Notes under the pieces: model-generated
What the model was told of the DNA's origin: nothing
What the model saw: the letters and a program-made list of their open reading frames with translations, nothing else
Databases searched by the model: none
Made by a program: the position numbers and the translations under genes
Shown here: piece after piece, positions 13,244-25,700 of the stretch
How the letters are laid out: every line of letters begins with the position of its first letter
How positions within the stretch are numbered: position 1 is the first letter of the stretch
NCBI GenBank assembly: GCA_965178125.1
Contig: OZ237760.1
Coordinates: 310,001-374,000, forward strand
Direction: 5' to 3'
Length of the DNA: 64,000 bases
DNA from: Bilabrum cf. latius
Lineage: Eukaryota

Positions 13244-13357
13244 GTGCGACCGAAATTACTCCCTGATGCTAGTAAATGTGTGTAGCAGATGCATGAGCAC
13301 GCAACTGAGCGCAAAACAGACGCCCCCGGCTATGCTCAGCCCCTCACTTCTCATAAG

Positions 13358-14009
13358 AAGATCGTGGGGGGGGGCAGGGAACAGCAAGGTGGTGCAGTGC
13401 CCCGGGGTGGCCTCCTTCGGGATGACACCGCAGTGCGTTGCATCTTCGTGGTGGAACCTGTTCGCAGACACGGGGCAATGGGAGGCCGACATCAGCGGTG
13501 AGGAGGAGGAGGGCAGGGAGCATCGAGATGGATGATGCAGCAGTGCGATGCATCTTCGTGGTGGAACCTGTTCGCAGACACGGGGCAGTGGGAGGCCGAC
13601 ATCAGCGGTGAGGAGGAGGAGGGCAGGGAGCATCGAGATGGATGATGCAGCAGTGCGATGCATCTTCGTGGTGGAACCTGTTCGCAGACACGGGGCAGTG
13701 GGAGGCCGACATCAGCGGTAAGGAGGAGGAGGGGAGGGAGCATCGAGATGGATGATGCAGCAGTGCGATGCACCAGGAGCCATATAGACTACAAAGTAGA
13801 TGTCTAGACAGGATTGAGGCAGAGTGAGGGGGGCTAGATCTAGGCGAGTGCGCGCCTTGTGCTATTGACGCCCTGTTGCCGGCTGTTCAGCGTGGTTTAT
13901 TTGATGCGTTCTATGTTTTCTTGTTTGCGCGTTTTATTGTAGCATGACTGTGTGTGCGCGTGCATCAGCATCTGCTGCAAGCAACGGGTGCATTCACGGG
14001 CACAATCGC
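13358..14009 (+). pseudogene. Direct repeat copy 2: duplicated 3' fragment of the GH16-like gene with a 110-bp unit in 3 tandem copies (13441, 13551, 13661)
   Basis: Near-identity to 8534-8938; each unit contains the GATGGATGA stop region. Confidence 0.9.
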
Positions 14010-14046
14010 CACCAGTGCGGCAGGGCCCTTGCAGCTTGAAGCCACA

Positions 14047-14954
14047 TCACATCATAGAGTCGTCCGCGAACGGTGCGCGGCGGTCCGATTTGACGTATTC
14101 AGCCAGCCGTGGGCGGGCCATCAGCGCGCTCTCGAGCGCCTCCAGGGCAGCCAGGCCGTCGGGAGCCGCCTCCTCCGCTCCCGACGAGATCTTCTTCGTC
14201 TCGTCCGGGAACTGCGCCCTGGCCCGCGTGAGCGAGTGAGCGAGCGCAAAGTCTGCGTAGCACGGCGACTCGCGGCCGAACAGGTAAGGTCCCTTCGATT
14301 CGGGAGCTGCTGCAGGCTCGGCACCTCCTGTGCTTGCTGCCAGCGGCTTCGACCCGTACTGCACTGCTCGGTTCAGGTAGCCCAGCAGCTTCGGCAGGCG
14401 ATCCTTGGCGAATGCTTCGATAAAGGGCTTGGTCTCTTCCTTCTAGACCGTGTAGCTCTCCTGCGAGGGACGATACTCATGTTTCAAAACCAATAGTATC
14501 AATTAGCACGATAGAGGCAGCTGTGGTGCTCTTCCAACGAGATGGTTCTCACAAACCACTTCACGCCATGGAAGCAGTTCCGCCCTTCCACGAAAAGATC
14601 CTGAACTGTCAGCACAACCTGCATGGCAAGGGCATCCTGATCATCCGAATCCAGGCCGTACCCCAGCTTGCGTCCAATGTGGGCCAGGATCGCACTCGTT
14701 TGGGATAGGACGAGCCCATCTGGCATTTTTACGAAAGGGAAAGCGAATGCGGGAAACTGCGTTGGTGGCTGCGACTTCCAAATTTTAACGCACTCTGGAA
14801 ACTCGGCAGACGCAGTAGGCTCGTCCCATTTGGCTCCAGAATCCTCAAGAAGCATGCGAATCGGCTCTGGCCGTCCGACAATAGCACGTGGCCAGTACAT
14901 CAGCTCGTACTTGCCTTTCGCACTAGTGTCTCCTGATTCAGCTGCAGATGCCAT
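14047..14954 (-). CDS. Glutathione S-transferase
   Basis: YELMYWP...GRPEPIRMLL, FAFP, LSQTSAILAHIG, CYADFAL. One intron (~14461-14558); in-frame TAG at 14443 (YTV*KEE); TGA stop. Confidence 0.9.
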
Positions 14955-15307
14955 ATTTATATATATCGCGCAGATGTAGGCTAGATTGAGTGACGTGGAT
15001 CCAGCCGCAATAATATAGACTCCGGACCGATCTAGCCCAAACCAAGACCTTGCCTTGATGGCTTCGTTCCCCACTAGTGCTGATACCATCGAATGTAGTA
15101 GCTTTGCAAGCCAATCGCTAGTCGGAACGAAGCAACGAAATGGCCAGAGTTCGAGCGCCCACCAAACTCCTTCCTCCTTGGACAACCACCAAGCACCAGC
15201 TAAGCGACTTTTAGGAAGCCCGCTGAAAGAACTCGCCACCTTCAGCAATCGTCGACAAGCGGGCCAAAACCCATATCCACAGCCACACACACACCCCATC
15301 CACCGCA

Positions 15308-17073
15308 TCAGTGCATACCCACGGGCTTCTCCTCCTGCCCCATCTTGTATAGGTAGCTCAGATGCGCGCCCAGGGCATCCAGAAAGCCGCTCCTGCAGTT
15401 GTACGGCAGGCCCTTCCTCTCGCAGTGTTCCTTGACGATGGGCGCGATGGCGGGGTAGTGGTACTGGGAGACCCCAGGGAACAAGTGGTGCTCGATCTGG
15501 TAGTTGAGCGCGCCGCACATGTAGTCGGGGATGGCCCCGCCCACGTAGTTCACCGACGTGCGGACCTGGTTCTCCGCCCACTCAACGGCTATTTTCTTGG
15601 CCTTGGGGTCCTCCACCGGCTCCTGGTTCAGCGGGAAATCCGCGTCCACGCTCACGTGCGACACCTGGAAGTTCAGGGCGAGGTACCACCCGGTGGTCGC
15701 CTCCGCGATGGCAAAGAGGGTCCAGTACCTCGCCGGGTCCACGCCCAGCACTGCCAGCGGGAGGGCGATCCTCCACGCGGCCCACACCGCCTTGGTGACC
15801 CAGACCCTCCACACGGGCGAGTCGAACCAGTTCACCCGAATGGGCCCGTCCCTCTGCTTCATGTACACCTCAAAGATGTCGTCATACCTCATCTTCATGC
15901 CCAGGGTCGAGTACAGCAGAGGCAGGTAGATCCACTGCCAGCGGTACACCCATCCCCACGCCTGCCTGTCCACCAACCGCCTCGCGTCTCCGTCCGTCTG
16001 CGGCAGATCAGGGTCGGCCTCGAATAGGTTCGTGTAGACGTGGTGCCCTACCACGTGCTGGTGCTGCCAAGAGAGGATGGAGGAACCCGCGATCCAGTCC
16101 ATAGGCACCCTCCCCGCCCACTGCCAGAGGGACTGGCTGCGTCCGAAGGCGGTGTGGCAGCTGTCGTGCATCACGTGGAGAAGAGGCATGGCCTGCGACC
16201 AGCCGAAGGCCAGGGCCGCGAGGACCAGCACGACCCACGAGTCGGTCGCGAAGGGCCCGATGCCGTTCATGGTGCAGTAGGCCCAAGCCATGGTGAGAGC
16301 GACGGGCACCATCCGCCACGCGCCGTACCGCCAGTCCTTAGGGTCCAGCTTGTGCTTTTCAAAGTAAGCCGCCACGTCGTCGGAAAGCTCCTTGTAGAAG
16401 CCAGAGTCCTCCTTAAACACGGGAAACTCGCTCTCTGTGCATGGGCCGAGCTTCTCCCAGCCCGCAAAGTACTTGTCTACCTTCTCCATCGAGAACGGGT
16501 GGTACATGGCCACCAGGTCGGTCACGTCGCGTCCGGCACAAAGGAGAATTTGCTCCGTGCCACCGGGATGGCGGTCCACCCAAGCTGCGGGGTGAAGACG
16601 CGCGGGCTAGGGCGGGAAAGGACGTGCTCTGATGAAAACCGCAGCGTGCTTCCCTGCCTGCCGGCAGAAGATGCCCTCTTGCCCACATGGTACTAGCGGT
16701 TCAAGCAAAGCAGAGGAGAGATAGCACGATCGACAACTCACAGGTTACGTCGTACACATACCCGCGATAAACGACCCAGGCATCGCCTTTCTTATTGTGC
16801 TTTGCGACCTCCTCCCATGAGAAGCCCTTCGACCCAGATGCCTTGGCTTGGGTAGGCCCGTTATTGGAGCTTAGATCGAGGAGATCGGTCTCAACTGCGA
16901 TACTGGTGATGGTGGCCCTAGTTAGCTAGAAATGATCAATTGCGCAGATGATGCGAAGTATATTTGTCTCGATGTGGGACCCGTCGCAAATCCGACAATG
17001 TAGCCGCAATATGTGCGTATATGCCAATTAAGCCCACGCAGTACTGACCTTCATTTAGCTTATCTTTGGGCAT
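15308..17073 (-). CDS. Front-end (cytochrome b5-fused) fatty acid desaturase, delta-5-like
   Basis: HPGG haem motif; His boxes HDSCH, HVVGHH and QIEHHLFP; upstream exon FSWEEVAKHN..DAWVV..VYDVT with GTGAGT donor. Start at 17073 is tentative. Confidence 0.92.
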
Positions 17074-17230
17074 GGCAAATACGCGGCCACACTAAGCCCC
17101 AGTCTGCCAATATTGACTGTTGACGTCAGGTGCAGCGATCGGTTGCAACCGGATTTTGGCTCCAAGCGAACGTTCGTTCGCTGAGCAAATTGCAATTTGC
17201 AAATTCGACTATTGATTCAGATTTGGAGCA

Positions 17231-18118
17231 ATGAGACGGGCATTCGGCCGGATCGGACCAGCATACCAATCACTAACCTCGCGCTTGTCTGTGCTACAGC
17301 CCGCCAAAGTATCATTGCGTTCTGTGAAGCACATTCGAAGCTGCGCAGTGTCTAGGCTGCATAGATCGAATCCCATACTTTTGGATGAGCCCAACAAAGA
17401 GAGTGTAGATAGCGTGCCAAAAGAGTCTAGGCCGGTACCGACTGGATTTGGGCCTGTGGATGCGTTCAATGAGGCCATTTGGAGGTCTCCAATGGCAGCC
17501 GGCGCAGTTATGCTCGGTGCAGAAATGGTCGGCGTATTTGGATGCTACGGGGCTATACTCGCGCTTGGCATACCAGTGTCTGCCGAATTTGCTCTAGCCT
17601 TTGCGATATCCAGGCCAATCCGCAAGATCCGACTGCCAGTTGAGATCCTTGTCGCTGAGGGCATGGCGCGCGCCGTGCCTGTGCTGACAAAAGCAAGGAT
17701 ATCAAGGCTTTTAGCGGTCATGACACCAGGCAAGGAAGCACTGAAGCTAGAAGACAAGATATCCGCGGGTCTCATCAAGGCCAAGATCAGCGACTTGTGG
17801 AACTTTCAAGGTGGGGTAAGCGCCTGGATGGAGCGAACCTTCGTCCTGAGCATGTTCTTCACGAACAGGTACGGCGTGTGCTTCCAGCTGGCTTCTAGAA
17901 TCGTGGGGGTGGTGGTCATCGCCCTGCTGTACGCACTCATCAGCGCGGGCGTGGACGTGCAGGGCTTTTTGGAGGCTAGGGGGCTGGGCGGTCTGGGCAG
18001 TGCCGCGGGGCACTGGGCTATGGCAGTTGTGGCTGCTAGCGTGGTGTACCCTGCGACTTTGGCGGCCACAGGGTATGCGGCGCTTTGGGTGATCAACCAG
18101 GTCTCGAACAAGGTGTGA
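17231..18118 (+). CDS. Multi-pass membrane protein with basic presequence-like N-terminus (possibly FAM210/DUF1279-like, mitochondrial)
   Basis: Intact 295-aa ORF; AEFALAFAISRPIRKIRLP resembles FAM210-type segment; TGA stop. Confidence 0.55.
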   Translation: MRRAFGRIGPAYQSLTSRLSVLQPAKVSLRSVKHIRSCAVSRLHRSNPILLDEPNKESVDSVPKESRPVPTGFGPVDAFNEAIWRSPMAAGAVMLGAEMVGVFGCYGAILALGIPVSAEFALAFAISRPIRKIRLPVEILVAEGMARAVPVLTKARISRLLAVMTPGKEALKLEDKISAGLIKAKISDLWNFQGGVSAWMERTFVLSMFFTNRYGVCFQLASRIVGVVVIALLYALISAGVDVQGFLEARGLGGLGSAAGHWAMAVVAASVVYPATLAATGYAALWVINQVSNKV

Positions 18119-18308
18119 GAGATGGAAGTGGGCGCGCGCGCTGCGAGACAGTACGTACAGATCCAGGGGTGTTGCAGGCAAACTAAGATTAAAGGAAAGA
18201 AGACAAACGTATGGTATCCGAAAATCAATCAGCCCCGGCCTGCGCCACCACGCGGGGCCGCGCTCCATCGCGCCGCGGCGAATCCAATAGCAAGGCAAGC
18301 TCCCCCGA

Positions 18309-19859
18309 TCACGGCCCCTTGCAGCAGTCCCGGCGATGCCCATTGCGAGCTGGCAGGTGATGTGTCCTTGTCCTTTTCTCTAGCCTTACTACTCCCACCA
18401 TTCTTCTACGCCTTCTTCTCCTCCTCTTCCTACTCCTTTCTCTCCTTCTCCTCCTTGTCTTTCTTCTCCTTTTCCCTCCGCTTTGTCTCTGACTCTTCCA
18501 GCGTCTCGCAGCCGAACATTCGCCTCGCGTCCTCGCACACCATGCAGCCCACCACGGGATCCACCACGGACTTTGCGATGTCCCACCTCTGGAGGCCCTT
18601 GAAGTACTCGGTCTGCCCCACCCGGAGCCCCCCAGAGGTCCAGTTGATCACGCCCGCTTCCCCCTGCATCACCATGTTCACCCACACATTCACAGACATC
18701 AGCGATCCGATCGCGCAGACGACCACCCACGACCCGACGTCCATTGTGCCGGTGGCTACGTCCTTGGGTACGAAGGCCAGGCTATCGTAGGATCGGATCA
18801 ACGAGGGAACAAGAAGCTCTTTGGTCCTCTATTCGAGGGCGCCCAGAAAGGCGTACAGCTGCTTCTTCCCGAGGCCAGCTGTGGGTTTCGCTGATTGCGC
18901 GGCGCCGCTGGAAGATGCAGCGCCCGAGGGCTCGGTGGAGGAAGAGGTGGCCGAGGCTTGGGAGGCGGGTCGCTTGTAGCCGTCCAAAGGCTTTCCCACT
19001 GCGACGCCCACGTCCCTAAGGCACTCCCGGACCAGCCCCGGCATGGATGGGTGGTCCATCCGGTTGACTCTGCGGAGCTCCTCGAGTATTTCGGACTCGG
19101 ACACAGTGGGCTCGACCGGTTCCGCAGGTTCCGCGGCGCCGCTGCCGGTGCTCGCCTTCGCGAGCTGCTCCTCTTTCTGCTCCAGCAGCCGCGGGACGGA
19201 CATCGGGGGCTCCAGGAAATTGTTGCATGCCCAGCATGGCTGCGTCGGTGCGCCGTGAAACACGTCGCATTGGAACTGCATGCTGTACGTCGACGCGGTC
19301 ACGAACGGGATGCGCAGCGACTTTGCCAGTGCCATTATGGCGTAGTCCATCCATCCGCCGTAGTCTGCGCCTTGGAACAGAGCTGTGCATTTCTCGGCCT
19401 CGGACACGACGTCGCCCCAGTGCGTGATCGCGTTGCAGTGCATCGTTTTGACCGTGGTGCGCACTGCAACCTCGCGCACAGATGCGGCGAGCGCCTCAAC
19501 CTTTCGCATCCCAACCTAGGACGTTTTAAACATAATCTGCCGGTTGAGGTTCGATGCGTCCACTACATCCATATCTAGAAGGGTAATGTGTCCCACACCC
19601 ATCCTGACAAGAGCCATGGCAAACGAGTTGCCAATCCCCCCAGAACCTACGATAAACACCCTTTGCTTCTTCATAGCATCCTGCGAGGACATTTTCAACA
19701 TAGTTAGGAAGATTCTATATCTATCTACTCGCCCCCGTTACGCAAGTATCGCTGCGATCGATGCGTTCTTACGTCGTTCCAGCCGTCAACTGCAACCTGC
19801 CTGCTAAATACGTCCTCAGGTTTCAGATCGGCTGCAGTGGGTCGTGAGCTGGCAGCCAT
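18309..19859 (-). CDS. ThiF/MoeB/E1-like adenylyltransferase
   Basis: FSRQ, VFIVGSGGIGN, LLDMDVVDASNLNRQ, CWAC and CMVC zinc pairs. One 5' intron; TAGs at 19516, 18829, 18430 and in the K/E tail; TGA at 18309. Confidence 0.85.
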
Positions 19860-20008
19860 GTTAAGTCGTATTGCCTGCGTATTATTATTGTGGGGTAGAA
19901 GGATGGGTTTGAAAGGTTGCAATCGTCACCGCCAACAACGATCTTCATCCGGAGCAAAGGCAACCACCGTGTGACAGCCTCGAAGTAATCACAATCGATC
20001 TTTGAATC

Positions 20009-22384
20009 ATGGAAGACAGCAAAGTGCGCAGAGCAGACTTTCTCATACCGCTCGTCCTGGACGCAGCAACGAAGCACGCTGGATGTGATCCTGCTACGCT
20101 TGGCAGGATTGAAGCCATTGATGAAGCGGGAGCGGCTTCGCTTCAGAGTGGTGCACAGCTCGCCATAGTGGCAGCCACAGGAACAGCTGGTCATGACACT
20201 ATCCGAATTGTCACCCCAGCTGGGTGCGATGACAAGATTGTGCAGGCAGCCAAGAGGGTCGAAGAGGCTTGCTATTCACTGCGAATACTCTCCAGAGTGG
20301 GCTGTGGGCTTTCTCCGTACGAGTTTCAAATGCCCCAGCTCAGTGATTCCGACCTATGTTTGTATTTTGGGACAAGAAAGGTTCAATTTAGCACTGTGGG
20401 GGGGGAATGCCTGGAGTATGCCCCCGGCGGCCTGGCGCAGCCGCCCAACACGGACGCCGAGGCGATCAAGGCGAGCACGGCTCGAATGGACGGATCCGGG
20501 GCTCTCGGCAAGGAGTACGAGCACGTCTATGAGCCTGTGCCACCGGCAGCAGACATCGTATGGGCGAAGACAGGCGACGCAGCGAAAGCGAGCGCGAGCC
20601 CGTCCATGCCTGCCATCCTCCGTAGACCGCTCCTCAAGACGGCAGACGGGAGCGACGCGGAAGGCATCCGGTCCGGGGGCCGCAGCGCAATCATCTGGGA
20701 TACCAGCAGCAGGACCGCCTATCGCCTCAAGGGCTGCGGCAACTACTGCAACGGCAGCTACGGCGGGAAGAGCCTGCAGTTCCCCTACCCTGGCCTGCCC
20801 GTGGCCCCCATGGAGAAGATGAACCTGGCGACGTTCGAAACCGACGCAGAGGCGGTGGAGGTGCGGGGCTGCGCGTTCCCTCACACGGCCACGCGGGAGC
20901 TGTACATGTCCACGAGGGTGGAGTGGTGCCTCGAGGGCACGGGAATCCCTTGTGCCCTGCAGCCCGCTGCGGTGTGGGTCTACGACATCGGGGACGAGGA
21001 ACCGCTGCCCAAGCTAAAGAAGGCATGTGCCGTGTGCAAGACTCTGGGTGAGAGGCGACTCGCTGCGCACGCCATACCTGGAATCGAAATGCTCGTCCTG
21101 GAGCACCTGCTCCCGTTCCGAGGAGGCAGACGAGCATCACCAGCGTTGCCGCCAAGTACGGCTCCCTCGCTCGACTAGATCCGCGCTCTCCTGCACGAAA
21201 AGAGAAGGGTGCCCACGACGGCGAGAGAATACGACGTGGATGCGGACGGGATGGTGGACAAAGAGTATCCATGCGTGCCAACGACTCTCGCGGTGGCTGG
21301 GCCCGAGGACAAGCACGGGCCTGTGTGCAACCCATGCCTGGTGGAGCAAACAGCAGCATCGGCGTGGGAACACCTTCGAGAATCCCTGCCGGATAAAGGC
21401 TTAGGTCCTGCTTCGAGCCGCGATGGTGGAGGTACGTCTACCAACGATGCGGATCGAAAACCTGCCGCAGGCGGCCCGGCAGCGTCTGGGGCCGGTACCG
21501 TAAGCAATGATGCGGCTGAGACGGCCGAGCCTGACGCAGCCTTCAAGGAGCGCTGGACGCGGGCTTGCAAATGCCTTGCATCCACCATGGAGGAAGCGAG
21601 GACTGCCCTCAGGTCGCACGGATCAGCAGGTGGCGGCGGAGCTGCGGCGGGCGCAGTAGCAGCAGCGAAGTCTTCCTCACCGGGCATCGTGGCATTCTCG
21701 CTGTGCTACCGCCTGGGTTACGAATCTGGCCTGGTGCGCCGGTCTATGACAGCAGCTGACATCTCCTGGGGAAACTACATGGACCACATCCTAGAGCCGC
21801 ACAACAACTGCCACCCCAACAACTTTGTGCTGCTGCCGCCGTGCAGAGGGGCCGGGTATCTGGCTGCAATCCAAGGAACTGAGGATGCAAGCAAGCCTAC
21901 TGGATCACCAAGCAGTGCTGCGACAGGCGCATCATCTTCGGCTGCAGCCCCAGCCTCAGCCCCAGGTCCCAACGCCCTGGACTGCACCGCCCTGGTGGCT
22001 CCCCTCGACCTCGACATGGCATTCGAGAGGCGGGCCTACGTGCTCAACGCCACGCGCGCGCCCGACGACGAAGAGTTCTCGGCCTCGCTTCGCCGTGAGG
22101 AGGTGGAACTGCGGAAGAACCTGGCGGGGAACAACTCTTCCACGGGTTTGATGGGGATGGCGACGGCCGGGGAGGGTCCAGAGGGCGAGGACGAGGATAC
22201 GAAGCGAGCCCGTGCAGAGTACAACGCAGCCATGCGGATCCTGTTGCGGGACTGCTACGTCAGTGGGTATGACGACGCGATGTGTGGCAGGGCCTCGGTG
22301 CTGCCGCTCGCTCCAGTGCTGGGATTTGCGCAGCGGGCCATGCTGGAGCTGTCCCTGGTGTTGTCGTCATCCAGAGTATCGTAA
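20009..22384 (+). CDS. Uncharacterised ~790-aa protein, possibly SelO-like kinase fold
   Basis: ORFs 20009-21178 and 21209-22384 are in frame across TAG 21176; ends TAA. Motifs SGGRSA, RLKGCG, RGCAF..TRELYM, HPNNF, PLDLD. Confidence 0.6.
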
Positions 22385-22732
22385 TGAAACAAATCCCATT
22401 CTTGTAGATAGGGCTATCCAAGGATAGAGCCAGTGTTGGTTGAAGGCGCGAATTCGTCCCCGGATGGTGGGTATTCGAGGGGTACAACGCGTGTATCGTC
22501 ACGATGTTATCGTGCACCTACTTATGCTGCTGGCAGTTTCGTAATAAGCTTGGACATGGAACATTGACATGCAAAGAGGGATGCGAGGTGAAACCATCGC
22601 GAGCATCACTCACAAAGCAACACCATAGCAGACGACAGCGTCACGACACACCGCAGTGGCAGACACTACTTCAGCACCAACGTGGCTCGTCCAGAATGGA
22701 GCCAAGCAGCAGCAGATCCATCGAGTGGTCAT

Positions 22733-25700
22733 TCACTCGTCAAAGAAGGCCTTCTCCTCAAGCACCACCAGCTAGTCCACCAGTGGAGCGAACTTGGTCT
22801 TGCCGTCCGCTTTGAGCTGGGCTCGGATCGCAACACCGAGGCCGCTAACGATGGCTGCCTGCCTGTCCGTCAGCCGCATGCCGGTTGCCTTGCACGCCTT
22901 CGTGGCTTCCGGTGAGATCCTATCGACGTAAGACCCGCCGCTGCTCCCTGCTGGGCTAGTGAGACCCACGCTGCTCTGTGGCGACGCCACCCCGCGCATT
23001 GGCTCGTTGCGAGCAGCCCCGTCCATTTCGTCCACGATCACGCCCCTCGACACGCAAATCTGCTGGTACAGCCGGATGAAGGTCACGTCTCCCAGGTTGT
23101 CCTGAAGGAACTGCCTGAGGGCTTCAATACGGTGGGTCAGCGGCTCCTATTGATACCCACTCGCTGCACAGTGCTGCCCTCCTGTGGGACCCTCCGATGG
23201 TGACCTGCCGTCAATCGCACCGCCAAAGCACTCGTCATCTCGCGGAGCACCTGCACTGGGACCATTGAGAAGGACGAGCGTCTTGCCAGCCAGCACGAAC
23301 TTCTCCTGCTGCGGCTCTACCGGGCTCTGCCCGTCGCTTCCGGCAGTAAGGTCGTCCCTCTGCTACCGCTCCACGCACTCGGCATGCAGCTGCAGAGAAG
23401 CTCTCCGACGCGCACTCTCACCGTCATCATCATCATCATCATCGTCGTCATCATCATCATCGTTTCGCTCTTCGTCTTCGACTTTGCCTTCGCCGCTGCC
23501 GTCAGCGGGGCTGTCCACGCTGTCGGCCTCGATCGCGCCGTCGCTGCGCACGCCTTCTGAGCGGCTGGGTCCCTCTGCAGCCCCTCCAGATGGACGGTTG
23601 TAACCTCTGGGCAGAGAGGGGGTCGGGCCCACGTCTTGCTCGGTCATGGCGCGTCCACCCAGGATCCGGCCCCTGGAAGGCTAGTCGCTATGCCCAGCAC
23701 GACCACCCCTTGACATGCGATTGGCACCCGTCGAATGAGTACCACAGTCCCGCACATCACCGCCAGCAGCAGAAGAGAAAGCCTCCTCCCGGCCTCCCAG
23801 TCCTGCCTTTTCGGCCTCAGCTTCCATGTCGCCGGAGGCCTTTGCCTCACCTGCTGACCGCTCAAGGTCTGCGTCCCCACGGAACGCCACAGACGGCTGC
23901 CGCGCGTGACCCCGGCCACTGGCGTCGGAACCGGATCGGCCGCGGCGGTTCTGCTCCGGGCTTTGGTCCAGAGAGGCAGGTCGGCGGCTAGGTGCTGAGT
24001 CCGGTGACACCGCTGCGACGCCGCGCAAGAGGTTCGCAGAGCTCTTGCCCAGTGCTGATGGGGAGCCTTGCGGCGGAGATACGATCGGCTCGGACTAGTT
24101 GACCTGCGCTGCCGCTCGCTCTGCGGCCGCTGCAACTTCTTCATATGGGTTGCTGCCAGGTGGGCGGAATGGTCGTTGAGGAAGAGGCGGGTCATATTTT
24201 GCTCGTGCTGCATGCCTCGCTTCGGAGCTGCCGTCCGCCGCGCGATGCGATGCTGCGTCGTCCTGGTCTAGCCCTTCGTCCTGGTGCTTGCCCTCTCGAA
24301 TCTTCGCGGCGACGTCTGCTTGCAGGTCCTTGAAGAGGAACCCACCAGCAGGGACAGCTGCAGCAGACGGGCAAGGTTCCCGCTGCTTCGATGCCCCTTC
24401 ATTTGCAGACTGCTTGCCAACGACCGGTTGGGCTGCCGCCTGTTCTTTTCCGGCTCGTGACCCGCGGCGCATGGCGGTACGACGCACCTTGTCCTCCCGC
24501 AGTGGGGGCAGGTCTCGAGGTCGACGTGCCGCAATTGGCTGCACCTTGTCAGGCGCACCTGGCAGTTTTGCATTTGTTGCCGTGGGGAACGCCGCTCCTG
24601 CAGCAGCTGCACCCTTCACCAGGGCCTTGCGCGCGTACCCGCCCTGTGCTGCATACCCGCCACTGTCACGACTTCGCCGGGGTCGATCCTGTCTCGCTTC
24701 ACCACTGATAGGCTGCTCCCTCGTTCGAGGGGGTGTCGCTCGGGCGGCTTTGCCGACCCTGGCGGGCATGTCGTTCCTGACCTTTGATCTGGGCACCACG
24801 CGCTGTTGTCTGGTCGGAGCATTCACTCGCCTGCCAGCTGTCTGCGGCCGGCGCTTTGCATCTCGGTCAGGAGATACCCTTGGCTCTGTAGCAGCACCAG
24901 CACCAGCACCAGCAGCGGCAGCACGAGAGCTCTTGTCGCTACCACTGCGAGGACGGCCGTGTGCTCGTGGGTCGGGATGGCTCTCTCTGGCCCGGTGCTC
25001 GTCGCGCCCTGCCGTTGCCTCTGGCTATGGCTGCGGCCTGACATCATCGGCCATGCCGTGAGCTTGAACCGAAGGCGCCGCACCACCGTGCGCTGCAGCT
25101 CGAGCGTGCGCCTGCCGCCTGTCACTTGCAGACCCTGGTTGCGGCTCCCCGATGGCGATGACACGCCCACCGGCAGTGATGGGCCTGTGGCGGGCAGGAC
25201 GTGCTCCAGCCGACCCTTGTCTTGCAATGGCCCGCGGGACAGGCCGCTCCATGGCAGCGTAATGAGTCGCAATCTCATCAGGAAGTGCTTTGGCAGGGAG
25301 AGGCACGCCTCTCTGCTGGCATCTCTTGATGTAAGAGTGCACGTAGGGCTGGAGGAAGGGCAGTTGCAGGATGGCACCCACGGCCGGACGCGCAGAGGGA
25401 CTCTGGGACAGCATGAGGTTGACAAGCCCTCGTAGATTGGGAGAGTACTCGCTGCTGATGGGGGCGAACCTTCCCCTGATAATCCTCCTGACGAGTGACT
25501 GGATGGAGCTTCCGTCGAACGGGTGTCGCTGCATGGCCAGCTCGTACAAGATGCAGCCGATCGCCCACACGTCACTTTTGCCGTTGTACGGCCGGCCTTG
25601 GGCAAGCTCTGGGCTGAGGTAGTAGGGAGTCCCCAATACTGTTTTCGCCTGCTCCAGCGTGTACTTGAGCACTCTTGCGATCCCAAAATCGCCCAGGCGA

